A stretch of DNA of 64,000 nt from a virus (Duplodnaviria > Heunggongvirae > Uroviricota > Caudoviricetes), in IMG/VR virus record IMGVR_UViG_3300048904_000202, positions 68,007-132,006 of that record. One strand, given 5' to 3'. Positions 1-9,496 of this stretch are shown here, piece after piece (position 1 is the first letter of the stretch; each line of letters begins with the position of its first letter). The notes under the pieces are model-generated. The model did no database searches and had not been told where the DNA came from. It worked only from the letters and a program-made list of their open reading frames with translations. The position numbers and the translations under genes are program-made.

Positions 1-30
1 CCCGCTGGCTATCCTTTCGAGGATCAGGCG

Positions 31-1221
31 ATGGATCAGATTCGCCGGGTCGCGTCGATGCCGTTCATCCACAAGCACATCGCCGTGATGCCCGACGCCC
101 ATGCCGGCATCGGTTCCACGGTGGGCACGGTGATCGCGACCAAGGGTGCGGTGATCCCGGCGGCCGTGGGCGTCGACATCGGCTGCGGCATGATGGCGAT
201 CAAGACCACGCTTCGGGCAGATCAGCTTCCCGACAACCTCGGGCAGATGCGCGCGGCGATCGAGGCGGCTGTGCCCCATGGGCGTGGTACCCAGCAGCAG
301 ATCAACTCCGGCCGCGATCCCGGCTCGTGGGGCGACATTCCCGAGCAGGTGCGGAAGCGCTGGATCGCCAAGACGCTGCCCAACATGGACTCGCTGTCCA
401 TGCGCTACGACGCGCTGCTCGCCAAGTATCCGAAGCTCAGGATGCACAAGGTCCCGGCTCACCAGTTGGGCACCCTCGGCACCGGCAATCACTTCATCGA
501 AGTTTGCCTCGACGAGAATGACGACGTGTGGCTGATGCTGCACTCGGGCTCGCGCGGCATGGGCAACAAGATCGGCTCATTCTTCATCGAGCAGGCCAAG
601 GAGGACATGGCGCGTCGCCACATGCAGTCCTTCCTTCCCGATGAGGACCTCGCGTTCCTGACCGAGGGTGATCTGCTGTACGACGACTATATGGAGGGTG
701 TCGGGATCGGGCAGGACTTTGCCCGCGAGAACCGTTACGCCATGATGGACGCCGTGGTCGCGGCGCTCAACACGCTGGCCGATCGCAATTACATCCCGCC
801 GTTCGCGCTGACCGAAATGGCGATCAACTGTCATCACAATTACGTGACCAAGGAGTCCCACTTCGGCGAGAACGTGCTGGTTACCCGCAAGGGCGCCGTA
901 CAGGCTCGTGAGGGCACGATGGGGATCATCCCCGGCTCGATGGGTACCGGCAGCTTCATCGTCCGTGGCCTCGGTAACGAACACAGCTTCTGTTCGTGCA
1001 GCCATGGCGCTGGGCGCGTGATGTCGCGGACGCAGGCGAAAAAGATGATTTCGATCCCTGATCACATCATGGCCATGAAGGGCATCGAGGCCCGGCTGGA
1101 TGCCGACATCATTGACGAGAGCCCGGCGGCCTACAAGCCGATCGGTGCGGTGATGGATGCCCAGAGCGATCTTGTCGAGATCGTCGCCCGCCTCCGCCAG
1201 ATCGTGAACGTGAAGGGCTGA
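31..1221 (+). CDS. rtcB: RNA-splicing ligase RtcB (3'-phosphate/5'-hydroxyl ligase)
   Basis: 396-aa ORF; N-terminal MPDAHAGIGSTVG metal-binding signature and overall RtcB-family architecture recognised from the translation. Confidence 0.85.
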   Translation: MDQIRRVASMPFIHKHIAVMPDAHAGIGSTVGTVIATKGAVIPAAVGVDIGCGMMAIKTTLRADQLPDNLGQMRAAIEAAVPHGRGTQQQINSGRDPGSWGDIPEQVRKRWIAKTLPNMDSLSMRYDALLAKYPKLRMHKVPAHQLGTLGTGNHFIEVCLDENDDVWLMLHSGSRGMGNKIGSFFIEQAKEDMARRHMQSFLPDEDLAFLTEGDLLYDDYMEGVGIGQDFARENRYAMMDAVVAALNTLADRNYIPPFALTEMAINCHHNYVTKESHFGENVLVTRKGAVQAREGTMGIIPGSMGTGSFIVRGLGNEHSFCSCSHGAGRVMSRTQAKKMISIPDHIMAMKGIEARLDADIIDESPAAYKPIGAVMDAQSDLVEIVARLRQIVNVKG

Positions 1222-1269
1222 GGCGGGCGGGAATGCCAACTACCATGAGGAGGGAGGTACGGACGAACG

Positions 1270-1701
1270 ATGGAAGTGATTTTGTTCGCCGGTTGGTACA
1301 GCCCAGCGCTGTGCCAGCGGCACCCCGATAAAACATTCGTCTTTGGGGATAACACTCAGCGGTTCGGGATGGGCGGTCAAGCCGTCATCCGCAATGAACC
1401 AAACGCTCTTGGGGTGGCGACCAAGCGCAAACCAGCAATGACCGAGGCAGCGTTCTTCAAGGAAGGTGTCGAGGCTGACATCGACAATGTATTAGCGGAC
1501 CTCGCCAAGGTCTGGGCACAATTGAAAGATGGTGGCACGGTGGTGATCCCGGTCACTACTGACGGAAAGGTGAGCCTAGGGCTCGATCGCGCTCAGCTTC
1601 GAGAGCGTGCACCTTCGGTCTATAAAACGATCGAGATGCATGTCGAAGAGATGGTCGCCAACTACGGCAGTCGCCGGGTCGGGGCGGCTGATGGGCTCTA
1701 A
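1270..1701 (+). CDS. hypothetical protein
   Basis: 143-aa ORF directly downstream of rtcB; stop overlaps next start (ATGGGCTCTAA); no domain recognised. Confidence 0.45.
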   Translation: MEVILFAGWYSPALCQRHPDKTFVFGDNTQRFGMGGQAVIRNEPNALGVATKRKPAMTEAAFFKEGVEADIDNVLADLAKVWAQLKDGGTVVIPVTTDGKVSLGLDRAQLRERAPSVYKTIEMHVEEMVANYGSRRVGAADGL

Positions 1702-2071
1702 GTCACCCCTTACCGTGATGACAGACGATCCCGAAGTCTTGGCGCTCCAAGCCGTGATCAAGGGTCTGCACCATATTGGTGCGAAGAGCCTCCAACCTCG
1801 CCATCTCAAAGTTCTGAGCGCCGTCGAGGTGTGTAAGAAGGGTCTCAAGGTGGAGCCGACGATCACGCAGATCGCGGCCTATGCCGGGCTCGATCCCACC
1901 GAGATTGAGTCCGAGATTGAGATGCTGGTTGAGCGTAGATATCTCATTCAGATCGTGAACACATTCGGTGAATTGAAACTGACCTACAAGATGGGTCCAA
2001 TGGGCGGCACGGCGCTCCGCACCATGCTGGACCGGCGCCGGCCAAGGAAGGAATTGGCGGACGCGCGGTGA
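1691..2071 (+). CDS. putative winged-helix (MarR-like) DNA-binding protein
   Basis: ATG at 1691 overlaps upstream stop; HTH-like segment VEPTITQIAAYAGLDPTEIESEIEMLVERRYL; ORF-track start at 1607 judged too long. Confidence 0.45.
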   Translation: MGSKSPLTVMTDDPEVLALQAVIKGLHHIGAKSLQPRHLKVLSAVEVCKKGLKVEPTITQIAAYAGLDPTEIESEIEMLVERRYLIQIVNTFGELKLTYKMGPMGGTALRTMLDRRRPRKELADAR

Positions 2072-2241
2072 CGGATTCGGTGCCGGCTAACTCCCGGCAC
2101 CGGTGGACATCACTGGTGGACTGATTTGTTCCACATCTCGTGGTCTTTTCGATTGCAATTTGCGACGAACTGGTGTACCATACGTGGCTTCGAGCTTGCG
2201 CTGGGCGCGGCTCCATCTCCACGCCTTATAGGTTCACCTTC

Positions 2242-2601
2242 ATGCTCGTAATTGTGGCAACTGTCGCAAGCGCGCTAGCGCTGCTCAGCGGGCTTCTTGC
2301 CATCGGTAAGGGGCATCACTGGGATTTCAAAACCAAGGACATTTTTTCAGGACGACGCAACGCGGTCCTGTATGTCTGGGTCACCTTCTCCTCGATCTTT
2401 TCGCTGGCGCACCTCGCCCAGCTTTTCACGTACGGCCTCGATTACCACTGGGCCTACCGCTTCGCGGACACCAGCCGGTGGATGATCATCCACACCGGCA
2501 TCGCTCTCCTGCTGATCTCAGCGCATCTGTACATCCTCCGTTCCTTGTCGCGTGAAGGGGCGGGGGACGACTTCCTCTGGGGTCCGAACCGTGTTCGATA
2601 A
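2242..2601 (+). CDS. integral membrane protein
   Basis: 3-4 hydrophobic helices (MLVIVATVASALALLSGLLAIG...); start uncertain (ORF track 2140). Confidence 0.35.
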   Translation: MLVIVATVASALALLSGLLAIGKGHHWDFKTKDIFSGRRNAVLYVWVTFSSIFSLAHLAQLFTYGLDYHWAYRFADTSRWMIIHTGIALLLISAHLYILRSLSREGAGDDFLWGPNRVR

Positions 2602-2995
2602 CTTCTCCAATTCCGAGCTTGGGCATCAGATTTGGGTCGCCACCGGCGGCGCGATGCTGGTTCTTCTCCAGTCGATCCTTTCGGGCACCCGCCGTGTGTG
2701 GTGGCGTCTTATGCTGTCCTGCGTCCTTGGCGCGGGCGGTTCGCTGCTGGCTGGGAGCATCTTCACCGGCTCGAAGTACGTCTACGTCTTCTGTGGCGTC
2801 GCGGCGATCATGAGCGAGAACATCATCTTCGGCCTGTTCAACGCGTCGGAAGAGTTCAAGGCGGCGCCAATCAAGGTGTTCGCCGATCTGTGGCGCATCA
2901 TCATGCCGTCGTTTGGTAAGGGCATCGATCGTCCGTCAGGACTTGGCACTCATCGGGGTGATGGCGAACCCGCTTCGGACGACGCTGCCGGGTAA
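2591..2995 (+). CDS. membrane protein, possibly holin-like
   Basis: Three predicted TM helices plus charged C-tail; GTG 2591 or ATG 2654 are the plausible starts. Confidence 0.35.
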   Translation: MFDNFSNSELGHQIWVATGGAMLVLLQSILSGTRRVWWRLMLSCVLGAGGSLLAGSIFTGSKYVYVFCGVAAIMSENIIFGLFNASEEFKAAPIKVFADLWRIIMPSFGKGIDRPSGLGTHRGDGEPASDDAAG

Positions 2996-3116
2996 CAAGT
3001 TTCATCCTGTTATGGTACATGAGAACGCCTCGGCAGTGATGCCGGGGCGTTTTTCTATTGACAAATCTTAGGGTCGAGTCCAATGGTCCACGAGAGATCA
3101 TCAACAAGGAGGACGA

Positions 3117-3320
3117 ATGGCCCGCGATTCTAAACATGCCCTGAACCGAATAATCGTTTCTCGAATGGGTAACGCCGCCACGCTGGTGATCGCGGGAGCC
3201 AGTATCGTGGACGGCCTGATCGGTATCGTGTCCGTTGGCTTTCTGCTGGGCGGTCTCCGCCATTCGGCTTCGCTCTGGGCAGCGCGGCGCGTCTACAAGC
3301 AAAGCACGCCCGATGTCTGA
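3117..3320 (+). CDS. small membrane protein
   Basis: 67 aa, strong RBS AAGGAGG 7 nt upstream; hydrophobic core; stop overlaps next start (ATGTCTGA). Confidence 0.5.
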   Translation: MARDSKHALNRIIVSRMGNAATLVIAGASIVDGLIGIVSVGFLLGGLRHSASLWAARRVYKQSTPDV

Positions 3321-3963
3321 ACGCTTCTTGATCGCCGACACTCATTTCACACAGGCGTCGATGTGTGCGTTCGCTCGCGACGATGGATCGCCGCTGCGCC
3401 CGTGGGGCCGGCCGGTGCCCGGTTGGAAAACGATGAGCGCGGAAGAGCGGGCGGATTTGCTACCTGAGTTCGAGCGTCGCGCGGCCGAAATGGACGAGGC
3501 AATGGTCGAGAACTGGAATCGAGTCGTCGGTCCAAAAGACAAGGTCGAGCATCTCGGAGACGTTGTAACCGCTCGCCGGCATCTTCCTATTTTGGGACGC
3601 CTGAACGGTAAAAAGCGCTTGCGTCTCGGAAACCACGATCCCTTCCTCAAGGACTACGGTAGGTATTTCGACGAGGTGTCCGCTTATAAAATTATGGACG
3701 ACCTCGTACTAACCCATATTCCAATCCACGAAGACTCTCTTAAAGAGAGGTGGAGGGCATGCGTTCATGGTCATCTTCACGATGGTCGTGTTATGACGTA
3801 CGCACCGGGGGTGAGGGGATCATACGATATGGCTAAGGAGGAAACGGCTGCTTCTGTGCATCCTCGCTACCTCTGCGTGTCGGTGGAACACATTGACTAC
3901 ACGCCCATTTCGCTCGACGACGTGTACGCCCGCATTGCATTGCAGCAGGAGACATTGGGTTGA
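3312..3963 (+). CDS. calcineurin-like metallophosphoesterase (lambda PPase-like)
   Basis: Motifs DTHF, LGDV, GNHD, THIP, HGHLH in canonical order; ATG 3312 overlaps upstream stop. Confidence 0.75.
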
Positions 3964-4421
3964 CGACGACGACGACGAGACGGAAAACGCCAGCGGATGA
4001 TGTTCGTGCTTTTCGAGCCCGGCATGGTCTGACCCAAGCGGCCCTGAACCGCTTGCTGGGGTTCGTATCCAACGACGCTGCGGTGGGGCGTTGGGAGCGC
4101 GTTGGGGCGCCTTACTATGCGACGCTTCTGTTCAAGCTTGTCGACGAACACGGGATCGGCTTGATGAAGGAGATCGCCGAGAAGGGTGATTGGGCGACAC
4201 CGCGTCACGAGGTCCAGAAGTTCCGAGAGCGTCACAAGCTCACGGGGGAGCAACTGGACCGTCTGTTCGGACTCTATTCGAGAGGACGCGCGACGCGACG
4301 TTGGGAAGACCCTTTAGAGCGTGGCGCTCCGAGCTACATCACGATAATGATGGCTTATTGCACCAAGTACGGATGTGATTCGCTCATGTCCGAACTTGAC
4401 GCTTCGACGGGCCGGCGATAG
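3960..4421 (+). CDS. tandem helix-turn-helix protein
   Basis: Two internal repeats FRARHGLTQAALNRLLG / FRERHKLTGEQLDRLFG resembling XRE-type HTH; TTG start overlapping upstream stop. Confidence 0.5.
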   Translation: MTTTTTRRKTPADDVRAFRARHGLTQAALNRLLGFVSNDAAVGRWERVGAPYYATLLFKLVDEHGIGLMKEIAEKGDWATPRHEVQKFRERHKLTGEQLDRLFGLYSRGRATRRWEDPLERGAPSYITIMMAYCTKYGCDSLMSELDASTGRR

Positions 4422-4473
4422 CCTCCGTCGAAGGTGACGCTGGTCTCCTGCGTCCCCTTTCGGAAAGCAGGCC

Positions 4474-4518
4474 TCGGCCCGGCTCGTGAGAAGGCTGGAC
4501 CGGGGCCTGTGATTTTCC
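4474..4518 (+). terminator. putative intrinsic terminator at a convergent gene junction
   Basis: GC-rich imperfect hairpin GGCCCGG...CCGGGGCC followed by TGTGATTTTCC; further hairpins CAACCTCCAGAGGTTG and GTTGA-N10-TCAAC follow between convergent genes. Confidence 0.35.
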
Positions 4519-4554
4519 GACAACCTCCAGAGGTTGATTCCACTGAGTCAACCG

Positions 4555-5347
4555 TCAACGGTTGTCGAAGGCTACGATCATGTTCTGCACCATCTCGCGA
4601 TGATAGGGCGCATCGCTGCACCCGTAGTCCGGCAGACGCCCGACGAGATCGGTATCCCAGTCCAGACCCCATTCGCGCCGATAGGCTACTTCCAGTTCGT
4701 CCCACTTGATGTCCGAAAATAGGGTCGAGAGAACAACGAACAGCCGGCGGACGGCGCCGTAGTTGGCATGGTTCGGATCATCGAAGACTCTCTTCACCGG
4801 AACAGCCTCCGGAAAATCGGTAGGGTGGTGACGTACCACCAGAGCTTGATGTTGTTGACGAAGCTATCCACGCGGGATTCCTTTCGTTCAGGAGAAGGTA
4901 GGGAATGGAGATCGCGCATCTCTCGATCGAGCCTGTGGAAGTGTCCGAGCAGTTCGATGAGATCGCGGCGCTGGACGACACAGCGATCGGCCGGCGCGCC
5001 TCTGGTGCCTTGCTCAGCAGCCTCGTGAAGGCGCTCCAGTACGCGGTGGAACATCAGACCTCGCCTTCGCTCCGGAGCCACACTGACATCGGCGCGAGGC
5101 CGTTGCCGACGATCAGCGTGCGGAACGCGATTGGCCGGCCGGTTTCCAGCATCACCATCATCTCGGAACGCTCCTCATCGGTCAGCGTCCACTCAGCCAT
5201 GAAGCACGGATAGATCACCTCGCCCGAAGGCAGGTCATCACGCATCACGCGGGCAGCCGGCTCGACCAGCATATCGCCAGTGGCGCCGACGCGACGTACT
5301 GTCAGAGTACCGCAATCCTCGTCCGACCAACCGGCCGGCTTGCCCAT
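4555..5347 (-). pseudogene. possible frameshift-disrupted gene
   Basis: Three consecutive minus-strand ORFs (5054-5347, 4794-5081, 4555-4839) overlap by 28 and 46 nt in different frames, each with protein-like composition. Confidence 0.3.
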
Positions 5348-5559
5348 GGGGAATAGTGATTCGGCGCATCGGGGTGAGCGCCGATGTCAGACGGAAGCAT
5401 TGGGGACCTCGTAAGCTGGAACGACCTCGATACCGGGGAAGAGCTTCTTCCACCGCTTGAGGGCGCGGGGACCGGGCGCGAACAGCTTGTACGGGCCGGG
5501 ATTCGGTTTGGAGGGGATCGTCGCGATGAACCGCCTCAGATCGTGGATCGTGAGGTCCA

Positions 5560-5901
5560 TCACAGCAGCACCGGCCGGCGGCGCGGCCGTTTGTCCTCAG
5601 GCTCGCGTGGCGGCTCCGGGATGAACTCGACGAAGCCGTCGTCGATCATCCACTCATCGGTGCGGTGGTGGCGACGGATGCGGACCCCGCTGGCGGAGCC
5701 CATCTTGCGAAGCTCCTCGAATTGCCGGTGCGTCATCTTGTAGATCGGCGGTGGCGCGGGCTCGCAAATGAACTGCCTGCGCCATTCGTCGGGTGACATC
5801 CGCTCCCGTGCCTCGCTGGCAGTGATGAGCTTGTCGTACCCGCCGAACCATCGCGCCGCAGCAGCGATCTTGGCCTGCTCCTCTCTGGTCGTGATGATCA
5901 C
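5560..5901 (-). CDS. hypothetical protein
   Basis: 113-aa ORF; ATGA overlap with upstream gene; a 58-aa ORF (about 5387-5560) follows with a TGATG overlap. Confidence 0.45.
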   Translation of the reverse strand: MIITTREEQAKIAAAARWFGGYDKLITASEARERMSPDEWRRQFICEPAPPPIYKMTHRQFEELRKMGSASGVRIRRHHRTDEWMIDDGFVEFIPEPPREPEDKRPRRRPVLL

Positions 5902-6146
5902 TGCGGCACCATGGGAGTGATCTCATCGAGCGCGCCGGGGATGCCGAGGAACCCGTAGACGAACTGGAACACCGGGCGGCGCGGTTCGATCGTCGCGCTC
6001 GGGTCCATGACGCAGGTCTGGATTTCCTTGGCGAGGCTTTCGATCCGCTGCATGGTCACCTTCACCTCGACGTTCTCGACGAGGTGCGGGACGCCATTGA
6101 ACATGACGATCGTGCCGGGCGTGGCGCGGAAAGGTTCGACGCTCAC
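5898..6146 (-). CDS. hypothetical protein
   Basis: GTG start overlapping upstream stop (GTGA); ORF-track start at 6236 would overlap neighbour. Confidence 0.4.
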   Translation of the reverse strand: MSVEPFRATPGTIVMFNGVPHLVENVEVKVTMQRIESLAKEIQTCVMDPSATIEPRRPVFQFVYGFLGIPGALDEITPMVPQ

Positions 6147-6496
6147 TGCTCGATCCTCTTCACACGCGCCGCCAGCAGCGGCTTGACGCGCTCGATGCGG
6201 GCGATCGTATCGGCCTTGGTCGGCGCAAACTTCCATGCGGCGAACCCGGTCAGCGCCAGCAGCGTGGCGTCAACAACCTCATACTGGCGATTGATCTGGT
6301 AGGTAGGGGTCGACTTGCGCTCGGCCAGATCATCCGCCGTCGCGGCGATGCAGGACGAGAGGTAGATTAGGTTGGTCTCCTGTGTGTCGATCTGGTTGGC
6401 GAGATCGAGGAGTTCGTTGGTGCGTCGACCGCTCAACCCGCTGGTCTCCCTTTCGAGAGTGACGGCAAGCTGGCGGAGTTTGGCTGCGAGGCTCAA
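6143..6496 (-). CDS. hypothetical protein
   Basis: 117-aa ORF with 4-nt overlaps at both ends. Confidence 0.45.
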   Translation of the reverse strand: MSLAAKLRQLAVTLERETSGLSGRRTNELLDLANQIDTQETNLIYLSSCIAATADDLAERKSTPTYQINRQYEVVDATLLALTGFAAWKFAPTKADTIARIERVKPLLAARVKRIEQ

Positions 6497-7050
6497 AGCG
6501 CGATCCTTTCGATCGGACGCGGGTCCATCTGGAAATCCCGTTCGCCCCAGACGGCGCGCGGTCGGTGGATGGGCGCGGTGTCGTTGTTGAAGAGGTACTG
6601 CGTCGTCGGCGGTGTCCGGCTTGGACAGGCGATCAGCTTGACCTCGAAGTCGGTAGAACAGCGGATGACTCTACGACCGAAACGAGCGTTCTCATGTTCC
6701 GCCGAGAAGTCCTCGATCCACCAAAGACCACCACGCCACTCGACTGTCGTCCCGGCGACCCCGCGACGCTCCAGCATCAGTTGATGAAGCGATCGGAACT
6801 TAGTGTCGTCGATGAACACCTGAACCGTTGCGACTCGCTCGATGCGGCGCGCGGTGTGCCGTTCACTGATCTCGAACTCGCCGACCGCCGTAACCAGATC
6901 GGTGAGGGACATGCTCCGTCCGTCCGCGAGCGCCCAATCGCCGACCACAAGCTTCGCGATCTTCATCTCCGCGTCGTAATAGCGGCCGAGCAGCGCCTTC
7001 ATCTCCTCGCGATGGCGGCGGCGCTTGTTGCGTCCGTAGCGGCTGCTCAC
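6493..7050 (-). CDS. hypothetical protein
   Basis: 185-aa ORF, ATGA overlaps both sides. Confidence 0.5.
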   Translation of the reverse strand: MSSRYGRNKRRRHREEMKALLGRYYDAEMKIAKLVVGDWALADGRSMSLTDLVTAVGEFEISERHTARRIERVATVQVFIDDTKFRSLHQLMLERRGVAGTTVEWRGGLWWIEDFSAEHENARFGRRVIRCSTDFEVKLIACPSRTPPTTQYLFNNDTAPIHRPRAVWGERDFQMDPRPIERIAL

Positions 7051-7568
7051 AGAACGTCGCCCGGCCGGCGAAGCCCAGAGAGGTAAGGCCCGCCGGTATA
7101 GTAGCGCGACGCATCGATCGCCTGCTCACGGCGGCGGCGCTTCATCTCAATCTTGTCCATTGCGTTCTGGAACCGGGGCGGGAGCGATACGACGATCGGG
7201 CCATCCTCGCGGCCCCACATGATCGGCGTCTGAATGGAGATGAGCGCGCCGAGCGCCTTGAGTGCTTCGATCAGCTTCACATCCTGATCGGTCAGCATGG
7301 CGTCGGCATCGCGGAGCATCCGGTTGATGTCGTCGATCGACATGGTCTTTTGCGTGCCGTCCGTCTTGGTCACTGTCCCGGCGAACATCGTCTTGTCGCA
7401 ATCGCTGGTCAGTTCGATCTTGTCGCCAAGCTCGAACCCTTCGACGCGACCGATCGGGAACTCGGCGGGGATCGTGCGGTAGGGCTCAGAAAGCCTCTTG
7501 ACGAGATCAAGAAAAGCGTCCGGCTCCGGCACTTGCGACTCGACAAATGGGTCATTTTCGGGTATCAT
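7047..7568 (-). CDS. hypothetical phage-like protein
   Basis: Start revised to ATG (MIPENDPFVE) downstream of promoter motif B; ORF-track start at 7763 would read through the promoter. Confidence 0.5.
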   Translation of the reverse strand: MIPENDPFVESQVPEPDAFLDLVKRLSEPYRTIPAEFPIGRVEGFELGDKIELTSDCDKTMFAGTVTKTDGTQKTMSIDDINRMLRDADAMLTDQDVKLIEALKALGALISIQTPIMWGREDGPIVVSLPPRFQNAMDKIEMKRRRREQAIDASRYYTGGPYLSGLRRPGDVL

Positions 7569-7602
7569 TATGGCTCTACATCGGGGTCTAAGATGATGAT
7601 CC

Positions 7603-7641
7603 CTGCTAGCACCTGCTGAACGAAAGTCAAGCGAAACTAAC
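7603..7641 (-). promoter_or_regulatory. motif-B promoter (GTTAGTTTCGCTTGACT-N16-TAGCAG) for the 7568-5387 operon
   Basis: Reverse complement carries the same GTTAGTTTCGCTTGAC element seen at 30.6, 31.1, 32.6 and 59.7 kb. Confidence 0.4.
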
Positions 7642-7890
7642 CCCGAATGGGGTGCAAATGGGGTGCAAATCCGGCTTTGTTCTGGGTAGCGGCAGGGGTT
7701 TTCAGGAGAGAAACCGAGGGGAGAAGGGCCTTTTAGGCCAAAAACACTGCCTCCCGAAGGCAAGAGCCGTCAAAGTGAATCACTCCAGCGGCTCTCAAAA
7801 TTGGCGGTTTTCTGCGGGTTTCAGGAGAGGTGCTTCTGAGGCCTGTCTTACTGCACCCCAAATGGGGTGCAAATGGGGTGCAACATTTAG
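7641..7890. repeat. att-like region with nested direct repeats (candidate integrase arm-type sites)
   Basis: Two copies of CCCCRAATGGGGTGCAAATGGGGTGCAA (7641-7676, 7855-7890) bracket two copies of GGGTTT(T)CAGGAGAG (7696-7712, 7816-7830); gene-free, abuts integrase 3' end. Confidence 0.5.
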
Positions 7891-9296
7891 GCCGCTTTGA
7901 GGTGCTTCACCGCGTCCTCGGCGGTCTTTTTCGTTTTGGCGCGCCGGGCATTCCGGGCAGCGTTGATCTGTTTGCGGCGCTTCTCGGCCGCAGCTTCGCG
8001 CTCTTCGGCCGTCATGCCCTGTGCCACGTTGAGACGGGTGAAGTGATCCGGCTGTACGTCGAGGCCGGCTCGCTCGACGATTGTCAGCTTGCCTTTCTCG
8101 CCATTCGCGACGGCGAACTTGGCGCACCACGCGTCGGCCGCCGCATTCACTTCGTCCCAGATATCGGTCAGACCTGCCTTCACCGATGCCATCTTCTTGG
8201 GGTTGTAGTGCTTGTAGATCGCGCTGGTTGAGTTCTCGCCGATATGCCCCATGAGGCGGCTGATCTGCGTCTCGTCGCACTCGTTCCATTCCAACATCGA
8301 CGCTACCGTGTGACGGATCGTCTTCGGCACCACGTCCGGTCCGAAGCCGAGAACCTCGCGCATCGTGTTCCAACGGGTGGTCAGGCGCTTGAACCGATTG
8401 CCGTCCTCATCTTTGACCCACGGGCCGGTCCAGCCCTCCATCAGGGCGCTGATGCCGGAGATCGCCGGCACGACGGGGTTGCGCTTCTTCGTGAGCGGGG
8501 CGTCCTTGGGCTGGAGATCGAGCAGATCGAACTCAGGCTTGAACTGATCCTCGACGATGAACTTGAGCGCCGCCTCCGGGCGCATCGCCGTTGCGAGTTG
8601 GAGCAGGATGAAGTGCCAAAGCGGTTCGTCCGAGCGTGCAAACCCGATCATCGCTGAAAGCTCGGCCATGGACAGGACTCGGTCGCGGCGCTTTGGCTTG
8701 ATCTTGCTCGTGAGCTTCTTGCCCGGACCGGGAGCGATAGTGGCGCGCTTCTCTTCAACCGCGTGGTTCAACGCCGCCATGATGATCTGGATATTCTTCT
8801 TGAGCGAGGCGTCGGCCAGCCCTGCGGAAGAGTTGCTGTACTCCTTGCCCTTCCAGACGATCGAGTAGCTGTGCGGCTTCGAGCGCCACCGATGCCAACG
8901 CGCCCATACAGCCGGCGTCAGTTCGGTGAACTTGCAGGCGATACCTGCTTCATCCTGTTTGAGAAACGCGATGAAGGAACGCAGGATCGAGGAGATCGCG
9001 CCAGTTTCCTGTTCGTCGATCGTTTCGCACCCATGCTCATCGTAATAGCGAAGCAGTTCGACGACGACCGATACCTCGGCGTCGTTGTTCTTGGGTGCGT
9101 GCGCGTTGATCCGCGTTAGATGCGCCTCAATGACCTGCTTGGCTTCGGCTACATCCCGGCAACGAGTGCTTCGATACCGATTGCGTCGTTTGTCGGGGTC
9201 GTACCACGCGATCTGCCAGATGTCGGGGGACGCGCCGTCGTCTCGCTTGTCGAGCCAGTAGTCTCCGACGATATGGGGGCTGTCTTCTCGTGCCAC
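7887..9296 (-). CDS. int: tyrosine-type site-specific integrase (P4-like)
   Basis: 469 aa; N-terminal arm-binding-like segment (YWLDKR...WQIAWYD), R..HxxR block (IRHTVASML), catalytic Tyr context YKHYNP; GTG start with GAGGAGA RBS. Confidence 0.9.
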   Translation of the reverse strand: MAREDSPHIVGDYWLDKRDDGASPDIWQIAWYDPDKRRNRYRSTRCRDVAEAKQVIEAHLTRINAHAPKNNDAEVSVVVELLRYYDEHGCETIDEQETGAISSILRSFIAFLKQDEAGIACKFTELTPAVWARWHRWRSKPHSYSIVWKGKEYSNSSAGLADASLKKNIQIIMAALNHAVEEKRATIAPGPGKKLTSKIKPKRRDRVLSMAELSAMIGFARSDEPLWHFILLQLATAMRPEAALKFIVEDQFKPEFDLLDLQPKDAPLTKKRNPVVPAISGISALMEGWTGPWVKDEDGNRFKRLTTRWNTMREVLGFGPDVVPKTIRHTVASMLEWNECDETQISRLMGHIGENSTSAIYKHYNPKKMASVKAGLTDIWDEVNAAADAWCAKFAVANGEKGKLTIVERAGLDVQPDHFTRLNVAQGMTAEEREAAAEKRRKQINAARNARRAKTKKTAEDAVKHLKAA

Positions 9297-9448
9297 TTGC
9301 GTTTCATCTCCTCATTTACAGCCGTCGAGAGGAGTTCCAGTAGCCCAAGCTCGACCAACATCTTGATCTCGGCGTTGCCGATGTTGGTGCCGCCTTCATT
9401 GCGGAGGGCGCGGCGAATCTTCTTCTCGATGTCGGCGTAGGTGTGCAT
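9149..9448 (-). CDS. possible small leaderless ORF upstream of int
   Basis: ATG sits right after TTGACA-N17-TAGTCA promoter; only the first ~50 codons lie outside int, the rest overlaps int in another frame. Confidence 0.25.
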   Translation of the reverse strand: MHTYADIEKKIRRALRNEGGTNIGNAEIKMLVELGLLELLSTAVNEEMKRKWHEKTAPISSETTGSTSETTARPPTSGRSRGTTPTNDAIGIEALVAGM

Positions 9449-9496
9449 ACACTCTGACTAACTCATCAGGGTGCAGGTGTCAACTCTGCCTCAACA

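Noticed and set aside
2901-3341. 146-aa minus-strand ORF overlapping the plus-strand membrane protein and phosphoesterase genes
   Set aside because: Antisense to two plus-strand genes with good RBS and recognisable domains. Its composition is Arg/His-rich and non-protein-like.
4541-4560. GTTGATTCCACTGAGTCAAC as a perfect palindromic operator
   Set aside because: Only the outer 5 bp are self-complementary. It more likely forms one arm of the convergent terminator hairpin set.
7641-7890. Possible CRISPR array suggested by the repeated GGGGTGCAA units
   Set aside because: Only two repeat pairs, each a tandem 11-mer. No regular repeat-spacer periodicity and no cas genes. Better explained as integrase arm-type or att repeats.
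9149-9448. Full 99-aa ORF upstream of int
   Set aside because: Its second half overlaps the integrase N-terminus in another frame and is low-complexity (STSETTARPPTSGRSRG). Only the leaderless N-terminal 50 codons might be real.
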